This document shows positions 1 to 10,312 of a stretch of 64,000 nucleotides of DNA, piece after piece. Under the pieces are notes generated by a model. It saw nothing but the letters and a program-made list of their open reading frames with translations. It was not told the DNA's origin and ran no database searches. Origin of the DNA: an uncultured Tateyamaria sp. (GTDB lineage Bacteria > Pseudomonadota > Alphaproteobacteria > Rhodobacterales > Rhodobacteraceae); the NCBI RefSeq assembly GCF_947503705.1, contig NZ_CANNES010000004.1, forward strand, positions 1 to 64,000. Reading direction: 5' to 3'. Made by a program: the position numbers and the translations under genes. Every line of letters starts with the position of its first letter. Within the stretch, counting starts at the first letter, position 1.

Positions 1-87
1 AACAGAACTTCTATGCACAGCGCGACGTGCTCGATATGGTCGCGTGAAATGAAGCTATAGGTCTCCGGTAAACCCGGGGCGGTTCAC

Positions 88-3000
88 TTAGACAAATATG
101 AGATCATCGTTGCTAAAACCTGACAAGTCGCCGACTGATTGCAGAACAGCCACCGCATCGGCGCCCACAGAGACGGTGATCTCATTGGTTTCGTTGTTGT
201 AGACGAACGAGGTCGAGCCAGCGCCGGTGATTTGGAAAGTGTCCAAACCCAGTTCGAAATCGGTTACCAGATCGGTGCCGGAGGCCGAGTCTGTCGCGAA
301 AAAGACAAACGTGTCTGCCCCAGCTCCGCCAATCAGAACGTCATTACCGGCGCCGCCCGCGATCTCGTCACTGTCAGCCCCTCCGCTGAGAGTGTCGCTG
401 CCACCGCCCCCCAGCAGCAGATCGTTGCCGTCCTCGCCTGCCAGAACATCCGACCCGTCGCCCCCATCCAGCACGTCATTGCCGTTTGCACCCAGAAGCG
501 TGTCGTCGCCGCTCCCCCCAGTGGCGGTGTCATTGCCTTGCCCCATCCGCAGTTCGTCATTGCCTGCCTCGCCATAGATCAGGTCATCGCCCTTGCCCGC
601 CCCCATAAGGTCATCGCCCGATCCGCCCCAGAGCGTATCGTTGCCTCCATTGGCCCACATCGTGTCGTTGTCCGCCTCGCCATAGAGCAAGTCCTGACCG
701 GCTCCACCGCCCACGACATCGTCGCCCGCGCCGCCCCACATGGTATCAGCGCCGCGCCCGCCCCAAAGAACGTCGTCGCCGATTTCGCCAAAGACCACGT
801 CATTGCCTGTCCCACCGCCCAGAGTGTCGTGCCCAAGGCCGCCATAAACCATGTCGTTGCCAGCGCTGGCCCAGGCCACGTCATTGCCGTTGCCCGCCTC
901 AATCGTGTCATTGCCACGCGCTCCGCCCAGGGTGTCATTACCTGTTCCGCCGATCACCAGATCGTCGCCAACCCCGCCCCAGACCTGATCGTTGCCCTTC
1001 GCGCCATCCAGTGTGTCGTCGCCATTGCCTCCAAAGATGACGTCGTGGTCGTCTCCCCCTTCAGCTAAATCACTGCCATTGCCGCCTTCAATCGTGTCAT
1101 TGCCCCGGCCACCAAAGACAGAGTCGTGTCCGCTGTCCCCAAACAAGTCATCATGTCCAGCGCCACCATCTATCATGTCATTACCGTCGCCACCCGAAAC
1201 CCAATCACTATCATTCTCCCCCCAGATTTGATCAGCTCCTTGATCGCCAAAAATAGTGTCGCTCCCGTTACCACCCCACATTACGTCGTCGCCCGAACCG
1301 CCATCAAGATAATCGGAGCCGGCCCATCCCTTTAGATTGTCCCCTCCACCTCCACCAAAAAGTGAGTCGTCACCTCCCCACCCACGCAGACTATCTGAGC
1401 CTTCGTCCCCATGAACGACATCATTGCCCGACCCGGAGTTTACAAAATCGTCGCCAAATCCACCGAACACGGTATCGCTTCCTTCGCCAGACGACAAACT
1501 GTCGTCACCAGCTAACAAATCCACGATATCGTCATTGCTTCCAGTCTCCAAAACATCATTTAGAGCCGTTCCTTGAAATTCTGAGTAGTTTGGTAGTTCG
1601 TAGACAAGCTGAATCACTTCGTAGGGTAGAAGTTCAAACGTAAACCCGCCGTCACTCAAGACAGCGCTTTCGTCCAAAACGGTAACAGTCGCCTGAACAT
1701 CATGTTCATTTATATAGTACAATTCACCATTGACAGTAATTGATATCGCATCCTCCCAAGAATCCGTTCTATAATTAAAGTGAATGCCATCCGAGGTGGA
1801 CTGATCATACCCAACTTGTATAGCCGACGTTAAAGTGCTTCCGAGGAAGAGATCCCCAAGACTGAACGTTACTTCTTCAACATCATGAGACCTTGATGAT
1901 ACGTAAACTACGACGCGATCATCGTCAGCATATAAGTGCTGGATAACTTCCGAGCTGGATTGCGTCACTACCGTTGGGTGAAACTCTAATCCTTGCAGAT
2001 TAGAGGACATAAGATCAAAAATCGCTCCACCGACGCTATTGATAACAATGCCTGAGACAGGATCAACCAACACTTCATTTGGTCCAGTTAAATCACTTGA
2101 TGTATTGACATGAGGCGGCCAAATATATGCTTCGTCCGCTCCCAACTCAAGTATGTGAGTGAAGTGGGAAATTAGGCTGGAAGCAGCTCTCATACCAAGT
2201 TGGTCCAAGTTAGATACGCGGATGTTCCACTCAGTAATATTGAGTGTAATATCATCTCCAAGCGCCTCTACCCACATAGCGTAGTCAAGGCTAATCATTT
2301 GGTCATTGGCTAAGTCCTGCTCAATAAATTGCGATCCACCGCGTAAGTAAAAATGTTCAACGACACCATCGATATTTTCCCGTGCTTCTGGCGACAACAT
2401 ACTTAAAAGTGTCTCGTTTGCTTCAATCGTCCGTGTTAACCACCCGCGGTCATCATTTGTGATATGGAACTCACTCATACTGCCGCCAGCATCGCCCATT
2501 TGCACCCAGATAGGTATGTCTACGCCTTCTTCTTCAAACGCCGCAGATATTTCCAAAACCGAGTCGTTAGCAACTTGACCATAGGAAGTTTCCGTTTGGT
2601 GATTCCAATATTCATTTCCTATTTCGATGGCATGAACAACGTCTGCAAAGTCTCTTGCGATTAAATGGGCAAATTCACCCACTTCTTCCGCACCTGGGTA
2701 GGCTTCATGTGTTGGAGTTACAACTAAGACCTTTTGCCCATTGATCCTTGCATTTTCTAAAAAAGACACCAAGTGAGCGGGGAGTTCACCATCAATAACC
2801 ATGCCATCCAAATACGCGATGTCTGGTTGTCCAGCCGGATATCTGATGTGTTGTATGTCCAGTGCATCTACTGCGTCAACATAGTCTGAGTCTGGAACGC
2901 CGTTATCTGTGTTATGAGTATATAAAGCGTTACCGCCAAAGTGCTCAGAAGATACCACATGGCCCGTTTCATAATACTGCTGTAAAGTTAGTTCTGGCAT
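88..3000 (-). CDS. Secreted RTX protein: N-terminal clan GH-A (TIM-barrel) glycoside hydrolase-like domain fused to a long block of GGxGxD calcium-binding nonapeptide repeats; type I secretion substrate
   Basis: 970-aa ORF. N-terminal region carries the 'IEIGNEYW' (acid/base NE) and 'NITEWNI' (nucleophile TE) motifs typical of clan GH-A hydrolases. The C-terminal half holds >40 GGxGxDxx(L/V/I) RTX repeats. It ends in ...DDLIFV, a type I secretion-like C-terminus. ATG at 3000 has a GGGGG Shine-Dalgarno. Confidence 0.8.
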   Translation of the reverse strand: MPELTLQQYYETGHVVSSEHFGGNALYTHNTDNGVPDSDYVDAVDALDIQHIRYPAGQPDIAYLDGMVIDGELPAHLVSFLENARINGQKVLVVTPTHEAYPGAEEVGEFAHLIARDFADVVHAIEIGNEYWNHQTETSYGQVANDSVLEISAAFEEEGVDIPIWVQMGDAGGSMSEFHITNDDRGWLTRTIEANETLLSMLSPEARENIDGVVEHFYLRGGSQFIEQDLANDQMISLDYAMWVEALGDDITLNITEWNIRVSNLDQLGMRAASSLISHFTHILELGADEAYIWPPHVNTSSDLTGPNEVLVDPVSGIVINSVGGAIFDLMSSNLQGLEFHPTVVTQSSSEVIQHLYADDDRVVVYVSSRSHDVEEVTFSLGDLFLGSTLTSAIQVGYDQSTSDGIHFNYRTDSWEDAISITVNGELYYINEHDVQATVTVLDESAVLSDGGFTFELLPYEVIQLVYELPNYSEFQGTALNDVLETGSNDDIVDLLAGDDSLSSGEGSDTVFGGFGDDFVNSGSGNDVVHGDEGSDSLRGWGGDDSLFGGGGGDNLKGWAGSDYLDGGSGDDVMWGGNGSDTIFGDQGADQIWGENDSDWVSGGDGNDMIDGGAGHDDLFGDSGHDSVFGGRGNDTIEGGNGSDLAEGGDDHDVIFGGNGDDTLDGAKGNDQVWGGVGDDLVIGGTGNDTLGGARGNDTIEAGNGNDVAWASAGNDMVYGGLGHDTLGGGTGNDVVFGEIGDDVLWGGRGADTMWGGAGDDVVGGGAGQDLLYGEADNDTMWANGGNDTLWGGSGDDLMGAGKGDDLIYGEAGNDELRMGQGNDTATGGSGDDTLLGANGNDVLDGGDGSDVLAGEDGNDLLLGGGGSDTLSGGADSDEIAGGAGNDVLIGGAGADTFVFFATDSASGTDLVTDFELGLDTFQITGAGSTSFVYNNETNEITVSVGADAVAVLQSVGDLSGFSNDDLIFV

Positions 3001-3885
3001 TGGCGCCCCCGAGATTTCTTTTCAAAAGGGGTATTTGCGCTATCTCATCATTGCCATGTAACGTCAGTGGGTATTTTATTTATGTTCTATTGAAGTTCTC
3101 GAGGTTCCTTATTTTTGAAATTGTTCCGCCATAATTTGGACATTTTCCACCCATGGATAATTCATTTTGAGTGCTTTTGGGAACCAATGTTTAGTGCTTA
3201 TGGTTGGATTATGGCAGTCACCTAAAATTCGATTTTTTTTGATCATCAACCAAATTGCAAGGAAACGTGTTTTTTGTAATTTGACGTACCTGCTTGTCAG
3301 CTTGGTGCCCGTTTGATCTCTGGCGATTCGTTGTCTAGAGTCAGGGCTCATGCCCAAAATATGATGGTTGCTACGAAGTCGATTATCGAGAGGAAAACCT
3401 TCTGGCGGCGGTCCCAGCAGATTGCCACGCGTCGGCAACACTTGAGCCTGCCTACCGTGATCTCGACCCGGTTGCGCCGTTTGTATCAACGCCTGTTCTC
3501 TTCCCGACAATGTATTATGCAGAAGTGTCACGAGAGGGGTATTTGAAAGTTTTCTTCAGCTGGTCTGGCCAGGGGCACATGAGCGTATCCCTTTGTCTGT
3601 TAACGATTATCTGGAGTATTTGGCATCGTTTACGTATTCTCTCAACAGCCAGCCGAAATCTGGCAATCTGCTTCGCAATTCTCGTGCGCAAACGTAGTCG
3701 CTGACCTGACCGGCCGTGACGGACAGGTTGGGCGGACTGCCCTGACTATCGCAAATCGCGTTCAGCTTGGTGTTTCATCTCTGCATGGGTGCGTCCGATC
3801 AAGCGTCCGCACCCTGTTTCTTCATGCCCATGCTGCTCGCTGTTCGGTAGGGTTTGAGATGCGGCGGGTTATTCATGACTAACTT

Positions 3886-4584
3886 TTGATCGCCATGCTC
3901 GGCTGTCAGGCTCGCTATTGTGCCCGATTACAGTACGTTGTGTCGTCGCCAGAAGTCTTTGAACGTGAACTTACCCTATCGCGGGGGAACTGGTTCGATG
4001 AACTTCTTGATCGTCAGCGCAGGAATCAAATTGGAGGGCGAAGGCGAGTGGAATGCACGCAAACATGGCTGCCCGAAATGCCGGATCTGGCGCAAGATGC
4101 ATATTGGGTTGAATGGAAAAAGTACTAGAAGTACGGGCTGTAGAGATCAACACCAGCAATATAGGTGGTGCGCCGATGCTGCCAGAATTGCCAAAGTAAA
4201 CTCCACCAGATCCGAACATAGGATCATGGACAGCCGATGGAGCAAATGATACGCGCAAATGCCACGAGGCGATTGCCGCCAGTAACGCTTATCAGCGATC
4301 CCGCCGCGCAAGAACGCCAAGCCCTGGAAAGCGACAAGCGCCGGAGCTATTGCCTAAAACGACGCGGTCAATGCGCCGCGGCACTTGGGGCGTACAGTGT
4401 TGCTGCGCTGAAGTGGATGCCATCGCCGAAGTCGCATCGCAACCAAGATGTAGTGTCTGAAACTGATGGGCTAATCGTTCATGGCACGGGACTTCGACGG
4501 GAGGTAGCGGAGATCCAAATCCGCATCGCCGTGCTCAATCGCTACGCTACGCTTCGCATACCCGTCACTGAATCTGTAGGCTAA
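3886..4584 (+). mobile_element. Degraded IS5-family (IS903-group-like) transposase relic, split over at least three frames
   Basis: Translated fragments 'PDYSTLCRRQKSLNVNLPYRGG...MNFLIVSAGIKLEGEGEWNARKHGCPKCRIWRKMHIGL' match the IS903/IS5 transposase core (DYSxLxxRxKxLxV ... DSTGLKVxGEGEW ... RRxWRKLH). The downstream fragment '...LNRYATLRIPVTESV' resembles the IS903 C-terminus. There is no intact ORF and the surrounding sequence is AT-rich. Confidence 0.55.
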
Positions 4585-5470
4585 CCGTATTTGAGTTAAG
4601 CGGAAGAAAGTCATTCGCCCAATTTGTGCAAAAAAGCCGTTTCAGAATAATTAGTTACCCCCTGGTTGGTCGGACTTTTCAACACAAGAAATTCGCGCGA
4701 GGCGTTCTGGTTTGCGCGAACCATCGCCAATGCGATGACGCGTCTCTGTGACGTCAACCTGTCGTTAATGAGAGCCGTGAGGTATTTTACTGCCGTTTAT
4801 GGAGGTAAACAATGAGCCCTTCAATAACTTCTCGCATGGCGTTTGCAGTGTTTGGGAATCCTCGTAGTTTAGATTCATTTGCTACGGCTCTTACCAGCAG
4901 TATCAAATCGATATGTTTCATATGTCTTCCTCGTACTCGCGCCTTGTTCTAAATTGAGATACTTTTGATTCAGACGTGTTAAAAAAACGTAAACTGGTAG
5001 GACCGCGGTCAAAATTCAGCTCATCTCGGGGGTTGGAACTTCAAGATGTTGTGGTTAGCTGTAAACTTTTGCTGACACTTTGATCTGCGTGAGGGTAGAT
5101 CGTTCTGCTCTCGGGCTTTTGGGAAATGCAATTTCCAACTGCTCAAGCAAGACTCGAGAGACCAAAACTTGGAAAGTTGCCTACGCAGTATTTTTCAAGC
5201 CGGAACCCAAGTACTTTGAATGCCTTGCACAATATAGGCACTGTGGTTCAAGTGGCACTGACCTGCTCCCCGTTCGAGTAAGAGTTTTCCAACGAAATAG
5301 GCCCATAACGTAATTGCTGCCTGGGGTATGCATGGGGCACATCTGGTTAGCGGCGCTGGGGCTAGTGTAAGTAACGGTTAACCAACTCGCCAGATTTGCT
5401 TTGTCAGCGCTTACGACAGGGGCGTATGGTATCTTGGGCACTTTGCCGTCCGTTGGTTTAGGAAACAGAT

Positions 5471-6409
5471 ATGCTCTGGTTGGCAGGTTTGATGAGTATC
5501 ATGGTTGTTGGCGCGGTTGGGATCACTGATATGGGTGGGGGCTCGAACGTGGACGATGAGGCCAACACGAATACCGGCGAGAGCGATGCGGCCACGAACA
5601 GCGACGACACTATCGATTATCCTGATGCGCCGGATGACACTGATCTGAGCGATGGTTCTGCGGATGATGAGACCCTGACAGGCACTGTAGAAAGCCATAG
5701 CCACTATGGCGGTATAGGCGATGACACAATTGCGGGCGGAGCAGGCAACGACACCCTGCACGGCGAGGATGGTTCCGACTTGATAGATGGCGGCGCGGGC
5801 GCTGACCAATTGTTTGGCCACAACGATAATGATACGTTGATCGGCGGGACGGGTAATGACACGATGCAGGGCTCTGCTGGAGATGACATCCTAAACGGCA
5901 ACGCGGGCGATGACGCGGCGCATGGCGGGTTGGGCAACGATACGCTGAGCGGAGACGCAGGTCAGGACAGCCTCTTTGGCGGCTATGGCGACGATGTGAT
6001 AAACGGTGTCCAGGACGATCCAGACACTCCCGAAATGGACGATACCGATACCGGCGATTTGCTGAACGGGGGCAGCGGTGAGGATCTGATCATCGCGGGC
6101 GAAAATGACGTTGTAATCCCCGGCAATGGCAACGACACCATTGTCCTCGGCAGTTGGATCAACGAAGGGCACGCGGCGGATATAATCAATTTCGATGCCG
6201 AAGATGACAATATCCTTCTGGTCTATGAAGATGGCGCGGCGGAGCCCGAGATCACGTTGCAACCCGACCCGCACGACGCGCAAACCACACATGTTTTGAT
6301 GAACGGCGTGGCCGTGGCCCATGTGGGCAATGGGACCGTTTTGTCGCTTGAGCACATCGCGGTTATGCCGCTCAGCCTTGCGCAGTCATCGGGCATAACG
6401 TCGCTGTAG
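5471..6409 (+). CDS. RTX calcium-binding repeat protein (type I secretion substrate candidate)
   Basis: 312-aa protein. A hydrophobic N-terminus and an acidic linker are followed by ~12 consecutive GGxGxDxL repeats ('[28 protein letters not shown]...'). Confidence 0.8.
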   Translation: MLWLAGLMSIMVVGAVGITDMGGGSNVDDEANTNTGESDAATNSDDTIDYPDAPDDTDLSDGSADDETLTGTVESHSHYGGIGDDTIAGGAGNDTLHGEDGSDLIDGGAGADQLFGHNDNDTLIGGTGNDTMQGSAGDDILNGNAGDDAAHGGLGNDTLSGDAGQDSLFGGYGDDVINGVQDDPDTPEMDDTDTGDLLNGGSGEDLIIAGENDVVIPGNGNDTIVLGSWINEGHAADIINFDAEDDNILLVYEDGAAEPEITLQPDPHDAQTTHVLMNGVAVAHVGNGTVLSLEHIAVMPLSLAQSSGITSL

Positions 6410-6590
6410 AAGCGTGTCACACCCGTGGATCGTGGTGTCAATAAAGCTTTGACATCGCAGTGCTTCTTTTACAATGCATCGTCACTTCCTGCGTTCCCCT
6501 CAGGGGCTGTAAACATGATACTCCGCAGGACGATTTCCTGGGCGACGTCAAAATCAAAAAGGCTTAACTTGAACGACGCCCGTTGTTGGA

Positions 6591-6911
6591 TCACTTGACG
6601 ATCAGCAGATCGTCCATGGATGCGCCATTTGCGACGGCGTCCTTCACCCAATTCGGCTGGCGGCCTTTGCCGGTCCAGGTCATAGCAGGGTTTTCGGGGT
6701 GGCAGTATTTTGGGGCTGCTTTGCTGCCTTTGGTTTTGGTGGCCCCGGTCAGTTCTCCAAGCGCAAAGCCCATTTCAGCCGCTTTGGCTTCCACAGCCGC
6801 CAGCGCTTCCTTGCGCTTGCGTGCCTGGAACGTATCAATGGCTTTGGTGGCTTGTTTTTGAATGGCCTTCAGTTCTTCGAGCGACAAATCATCCCAGTTG
6901 ATGTCGGTCAT
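6591..6911 (-). CDS. H-NS-like histone-like nucleoid-structuring protein (xenogeneic silencer family)
   Basis: From the internal ATG (6911): 'MTDINWDDLSLEELKAIQKQATKAIDTFQARKRKEALAAVEAKAAEMGFALGEL...KYCHPENPAMTWTGKGRQPNWVK'. This combines a coiled-coil N-terminus with the C-terminal H-NS DNA-binding motif (Y/C-x-HPENP-x-x-TW-x-G-x-GR-x-P-x-W), the alphaproteobacterial H-NS type. Confidence 0.8.
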   Translation of the reverse strand: MTDINWDDLSLEELKAIQKQATKAIDTFQARKRKEALAAVEAKAAEMGFALGELTGATKTKGSKAAPKYCHPENPAMTWTGKGRQPNWVKDAVANGASMDDLLIVK

Positions 6912-7196
6912 GTTTGTATCCTTTCTTGCGTCTCCAATTATGGCGCTAGTACAATCGGCAGTCCGTCGCAACGTGTAGAACGATTTGTTTGGTTTATTCG
7001 CGCGGAGCGGGCGTTTATGTGCCCATGCCCGTTCAGAATGGCGTTAAACCAATGGGTTATGATGCCGATGCGCGTCAAATTGGGGGGTGGTGACCGCATA
7101 CAACTGTATGTGTTTGATGGGTTTTCTTGATTTATTGGCTGAAGTGTGTTCCTTATTTGTTCCAATTGTTGAACCTGTATTGAGTAAGGAGTTTTT

Positions 7197-7454
7197 ATGA
7201 GTAACCAACAAGACACCCGATTATCACCGACCCGCAAGCCCAGCCTATTGGGGTATTCAGTGCGCCCCATTGGTGATGGCAAGAGATCCTCGTGGAGCAA
7301 GATTGCGGCCGCCTGGGCGCATAAAGACGGGGAAGGCTATGAGGTGCGCTTTGATGCGCTGCCTGTGGATGGCCGGATGGTGTTTAGAGCGCCAAAGGAA
7401 GACGACCGAGAGACTGGCGATGTGATTGAACGAGAGCCGTCAGGCCTTGGCTAG
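7197..7454 (+). CDS. Small conserved hypothetical protein (85 aa), possibly DUF736-like, of the kind seen next to ardA/parB on alphaproteobacterial integrative elements
   Basis: ATG ORF. 'IAAAWAHKDGEGYEVRFDALP' loosely resembles the DUF736 core (IGAAWxK...DYLSxKLDDP). The similarity is weak. Confidence 0.4.
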   Translation: MSNQQDTRLSPTRKPSLLGYSVRPIGDGKRSSWSKIAAAWAHKDGEGYEVRFDALPVDGRMVFRAPKEDDRETGDVIEREPSGLG

Positions 7455-7914
7455 AGTTTCTGCGTAAACACTGTGTGGGGAAGAAGCGTGCCGTTCGAGT
7501 GCGCCTCTTTTCTTTTGGGCGCATCCCTTCGGGCCAGGCTCGCGTGAACTGAACCCGCAAGTGCGGTTTCAACCCTACGGGCTTTGATCCTTTGCGCTGA
7601 ACTTTAGCCGATCCAATTTATCCCTGCAGCAAGTCAAATCCAGGTTCGTTGGCTTCTCAATTCATTTGAGGCGGCTGTGCCGCCGCTTTTAAACCTTAGT
7701 CGGGGAGGCCGAGAGGCGTTGCCTCTTCTCTCCCCGCAAGAAAAACAGATCGAAGAGAAGCTTGTTTTGTCGGCTCCCCCTAAAGGTTGCCCCCAACAAA
7801 ACAGAGCTTCTTTCGCCGATTTTTCTTGTCCCCTCCCATCTCCACTCTCGGCGAGAGCCAAGGGTTGCAGGCGCAACCCCTCCCCAAGGGAGGACAAAAG
7901 AGAAGGACAAGACC

Positions 7915-8420
7915 ATGACCATTCAATTGCACGCACAGCCCTATGATTTGGCGGCAACAGGTTTTTGTTTTGAGGACTATGACGACTACGCCCAGAAGGC
8001 CACCAAGCTGCGCAACGACTACGGCGATCCCGTCGAAGAGTTTGAGATTCAGTTTATTGATGGCGAGGCCATTGATTGCGACTTGCGCAGGCCATCGGGA
8101 TCAATCAGGCCAATCTCAAGCAGTTTCTTGAGGCTGTAGATGCGTGGGACGAGAACGACAAAACCCGCGTGATCCTCGCCGTGGGCGAATGTGGGTATCA
8201 GTTCAACGAAGGCACCCAGCCCAGCGAGTTCGACGTAGACATCTACCGCCTCGACACGATGCGCGACCTCGCCGAGCAGTTTGTCGAAGACGGTCTCTTT
8301 GGCGATATCCCAGCACCTCTTGCCTATTACATCGATTATGACGCCATCGCCCGTGATTTGAGCATGGATTACGCGGAAGCAACCGTTGCAGGACACCCCC
8401 TGATCTATTGCTGCGGATAA
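7915..8420 (+). pseudogene. ardA: ArdA-family antirestriction protein gene disrupted by a frameshift near 8083-8090
   Basis: Frame 1 (from ATG 7915 with a GGGAGGA RBS) gives 'MTIQLHAQPYDLAATGFCFEDYDDYAQKATKLRNDYGDPVEEFEIQFIDGEAIDCDL'. Frame 3 continues 'AQAIGINQANLKQFLEAVDAWDENDK...APLAYYIDYDAIARDLSMDYAEATVAGHPLIYCCG'. Both halves align to Tn916 ArdA ('YEEYAIHDYE...YIDYQAYGRDLDLSG...HGIFEIVY'). A 1-nt indel is needed to join them. Confidence 0.7.
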
Positions 8421-8502
8421 CGGGAGTGCAGCCCCAAGCTGTCCCATGCGGACGGTTTGAGGGTGCAATTCCGCGCCAATCCAAAAAAATCAGGAGATTA
8501 TT

Positions 8503-10221
8503 ATGACACTGCAACATATCAACATCGAAGACCTTTCCGTGTCCCCCCTTAACGTGCGCAAATACGGTGCCAAAGACTGCGCCGATCTGGTGACCAGCAT
8601 TCGCGCCCTTGGCGTGCTGCAACCGCTGCTCGTGCGCCAATCCGTAGACGGATTTGAAGTCATCGCAGGCCAGCGCCGCTTGAATGCGTGCCGCATCATT
8701 GCCGAGGACGGGGACATTGACCCGCTGCCGTGCCTTGTGATGGCAGAAGGGGACGATGCCAAAGCCATCGAGGCCTCTTTGGCAGAGAACATTGAGCGTC
8801 TGCCCATGGACGAGGTCGATCAATACAAGGCCTTTGCCAAGCTGATCAAAGAGGGGCGAGAGCCTGCGGATATTGCCACCACCTTTGGGATCACGGAACG
8901 CATGGTGTCGCAGCGTCTGGCCTTGGGGCGACTGCACGCACCCATTCTGACCGCCTATCGCAAGGGCGATATCCACGCCCGCGACATCCGCATTCTGACT
9001 ATGGCGACAATGAAGCAGCAAAAGGCTTGGTGGGCGCTTGTGAAGGATGACGAGGCCTACGTCCCCACAGGCCACCGCCTAAAGGGCTGGCTCTTTGGCG
9101 GGGCACATATCCCCGTTGCCAACGCGCAGTTTGATGTCAAAGCCTCTGGTCTTGCCGTGGTGTCCGACCTGTTTGGCGAAGAGGCCTATTTTGCCGATGC
9201 CGAAGCGTTTTGGGTCAAACAGGAAGAGGCCATCCAGATGATTGCCACAGGCTATGAAGTGCTGGGCTGGGCGGAAACCGTTGTCATGGAACGCGGCGCG
9301 TATTTCGCCGGATGGGATCATCAAAAGACGACCATGAAGGACGGAGGACGGGTATTCATCACCGTGAGCCATCAGGGCGAGGTGACCGAACATGAAGGCT
9401 ATATCACCCGCGCTGAGGCCAAGCGCCGCGAGAAGGCCGCAAACGCGGAGGCAGGGGACAAACCGCCCAAACCCGAACTCACCAAAGCCGCACAAAATTA
9501 CGTCGATCTGCACCGCCACGCCGCTGTGCGCAGTGATCTGTTGGGTCAACGCAGGATCACCTTGCGTCTGATCGCGGCGCACATGATCGCAGGATCATCC
9601 CTTTGGCGGGTCGAGGCCGATCCGCAAAAAGCGGCAAAGCCCGAGATTGCAGACAGTCTGGAACGCAATGCAGGCCATCACCGGATGGAGGCCGAGCGCG
9701 CCGACATCAAAGCTTTGCTCGGTATAAACGACGACACGGCACTCATGGACACCGCGAATGCGTGGTCACCGCGTCCCTGCATCACAAAGGTCTTTTCCAC
9801 ACTCCAAAGCCTGTCGGATGCCGAGGTCACCCGCATCCTCACCTTCCTGATGGCAGACAGCCTGTCCGTTCACAGCCCGCTGATCGGCACCTTGGGCGAG
9901 ACCATGGAAACCGACATGCGCAACCAGTGGTCACCAGAACCGCTCTTCTTCGACCTTGTGCGCGACAAACAGGTGTTGAATGCCATGGTGCGGGAATATG
10001 CGGGTGAAACAGCGGCGGATCAAAACCTGACCGCAACCGCCAAAACCCAACGCGCAATCCTGACCGCCTGTTTGGAGGGAACCCGCGCACCAGAGCGCGA
10101 AGACTGGATGCCCGACTATATGGCGTTTCCAATGGGCAGCGATCGCTATGAGGTGGACGAGACGAACGGTGACGTTGAGGCTTCCGATCACACCGACCAA
10201 GCGCAGGCGGAAGCTGCATAG
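8503..10221 (+). CDS. ParB-like nuclease domain protein (ParB/KorB/Srx superfamily), ICE/plasmid-type
   Basis: 572 aa. The N-terminal 'IEDLSVSPLNVRK...LVTSIRALGVLQPLLVRQSVDGFEVIAGQRRLNA' matches the ParB N-domain (GxxRxxA box). The long C-terminal extension is typical of ICE-borne ParB-like proteins. Confidence 0.8.
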   Translation: MTLQHINIEDLSVSPLNVRKYGAKDCADLVTSIRALGVLQPLLVRQSVDGFEVIAGQRRLNACRIIAEDGDIDPLPCLVMAEGDDAKAIEASLAENIERLPMDEVDQYKAFAKLIKEGREPADIATTFGITERMVSQRLALGRLHAPILTAYRKGDIHARDIRILTMATMKQQKAWWALVKDDEAYVPTGHRLKGWLFGGAHIPVANAQFDVKASGLAVVSDLFGEEAYFADAEAFWVKQEEAIQMIATGYEVLGWAETVVMERGAYFAGWDHQKTTMKDGGRVFITVSHQGEVTEHEGYITRAEAKRREKAANAEAGDKPPKPELTKAAQNYVDLHRHAAVRSDLLGQRRITLRLIAAHMIAGSSLWRVEADPQKAAKPEIADSLERNAGHHRMEAERADIKALLGINDDTALMDTANAWSPRPCITKVFSTLQSLSDAEVTRILTFLMADSLSVHSPLIGTLGETMETDMRNQWSPEPLFFDLVRDKQVLNAMVREYAGETAADQNLTATAKTQRAILTACLEGTRAPEREDWMPDYMAFPMGSDRYEVDETNGDVEASDHTDQAQAEAA

Positions 10222-10280
10222 CACATCTTTGTTGGATGGGTGATTCCATCCGGCAAGGTTTTTGTTGGGGGATAAAAAAA

Positions 10281-10312
10281 GGCGCGGGGGCCAAGTCCCT
10301 GCGCCGCACTGC
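10281..10312 (-). terminator. Candidate intrinsic terminator on the minus strand (GC-rich hairpin followed by a U7 tract)
   Basis: Minus-strand RNA reads GGCGCAGGGACUUGGCCCCCGCGCC followed by UUUUUUU. The stem has one mismatch. There is no annotated minus-strand gene upstream within the ~1-kb AT-rich gap 10.3–11.26 kb. Confidence 0.35.

Noticed and set aside
139-1068. 309-aa plus-strand ORF (and nested ORFs 227-577, 333-575, 579-938) inside the RTX gene
   Set aside because: Antisense or out-of-frame reading of the GGxGxD repeat DNA. Low-complexity Ala/Pro/Ser composition with no motifs. The minus-strand RTX reading is clearly the real one.
8203-9075. 290-aa minus-strand ORF across parB
   Set aside because: Antisense to a well-supported ParB-like CDS. 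Arg/Gly/Cys-rich composition typical of spurious ORFs in GC-rich DNA.
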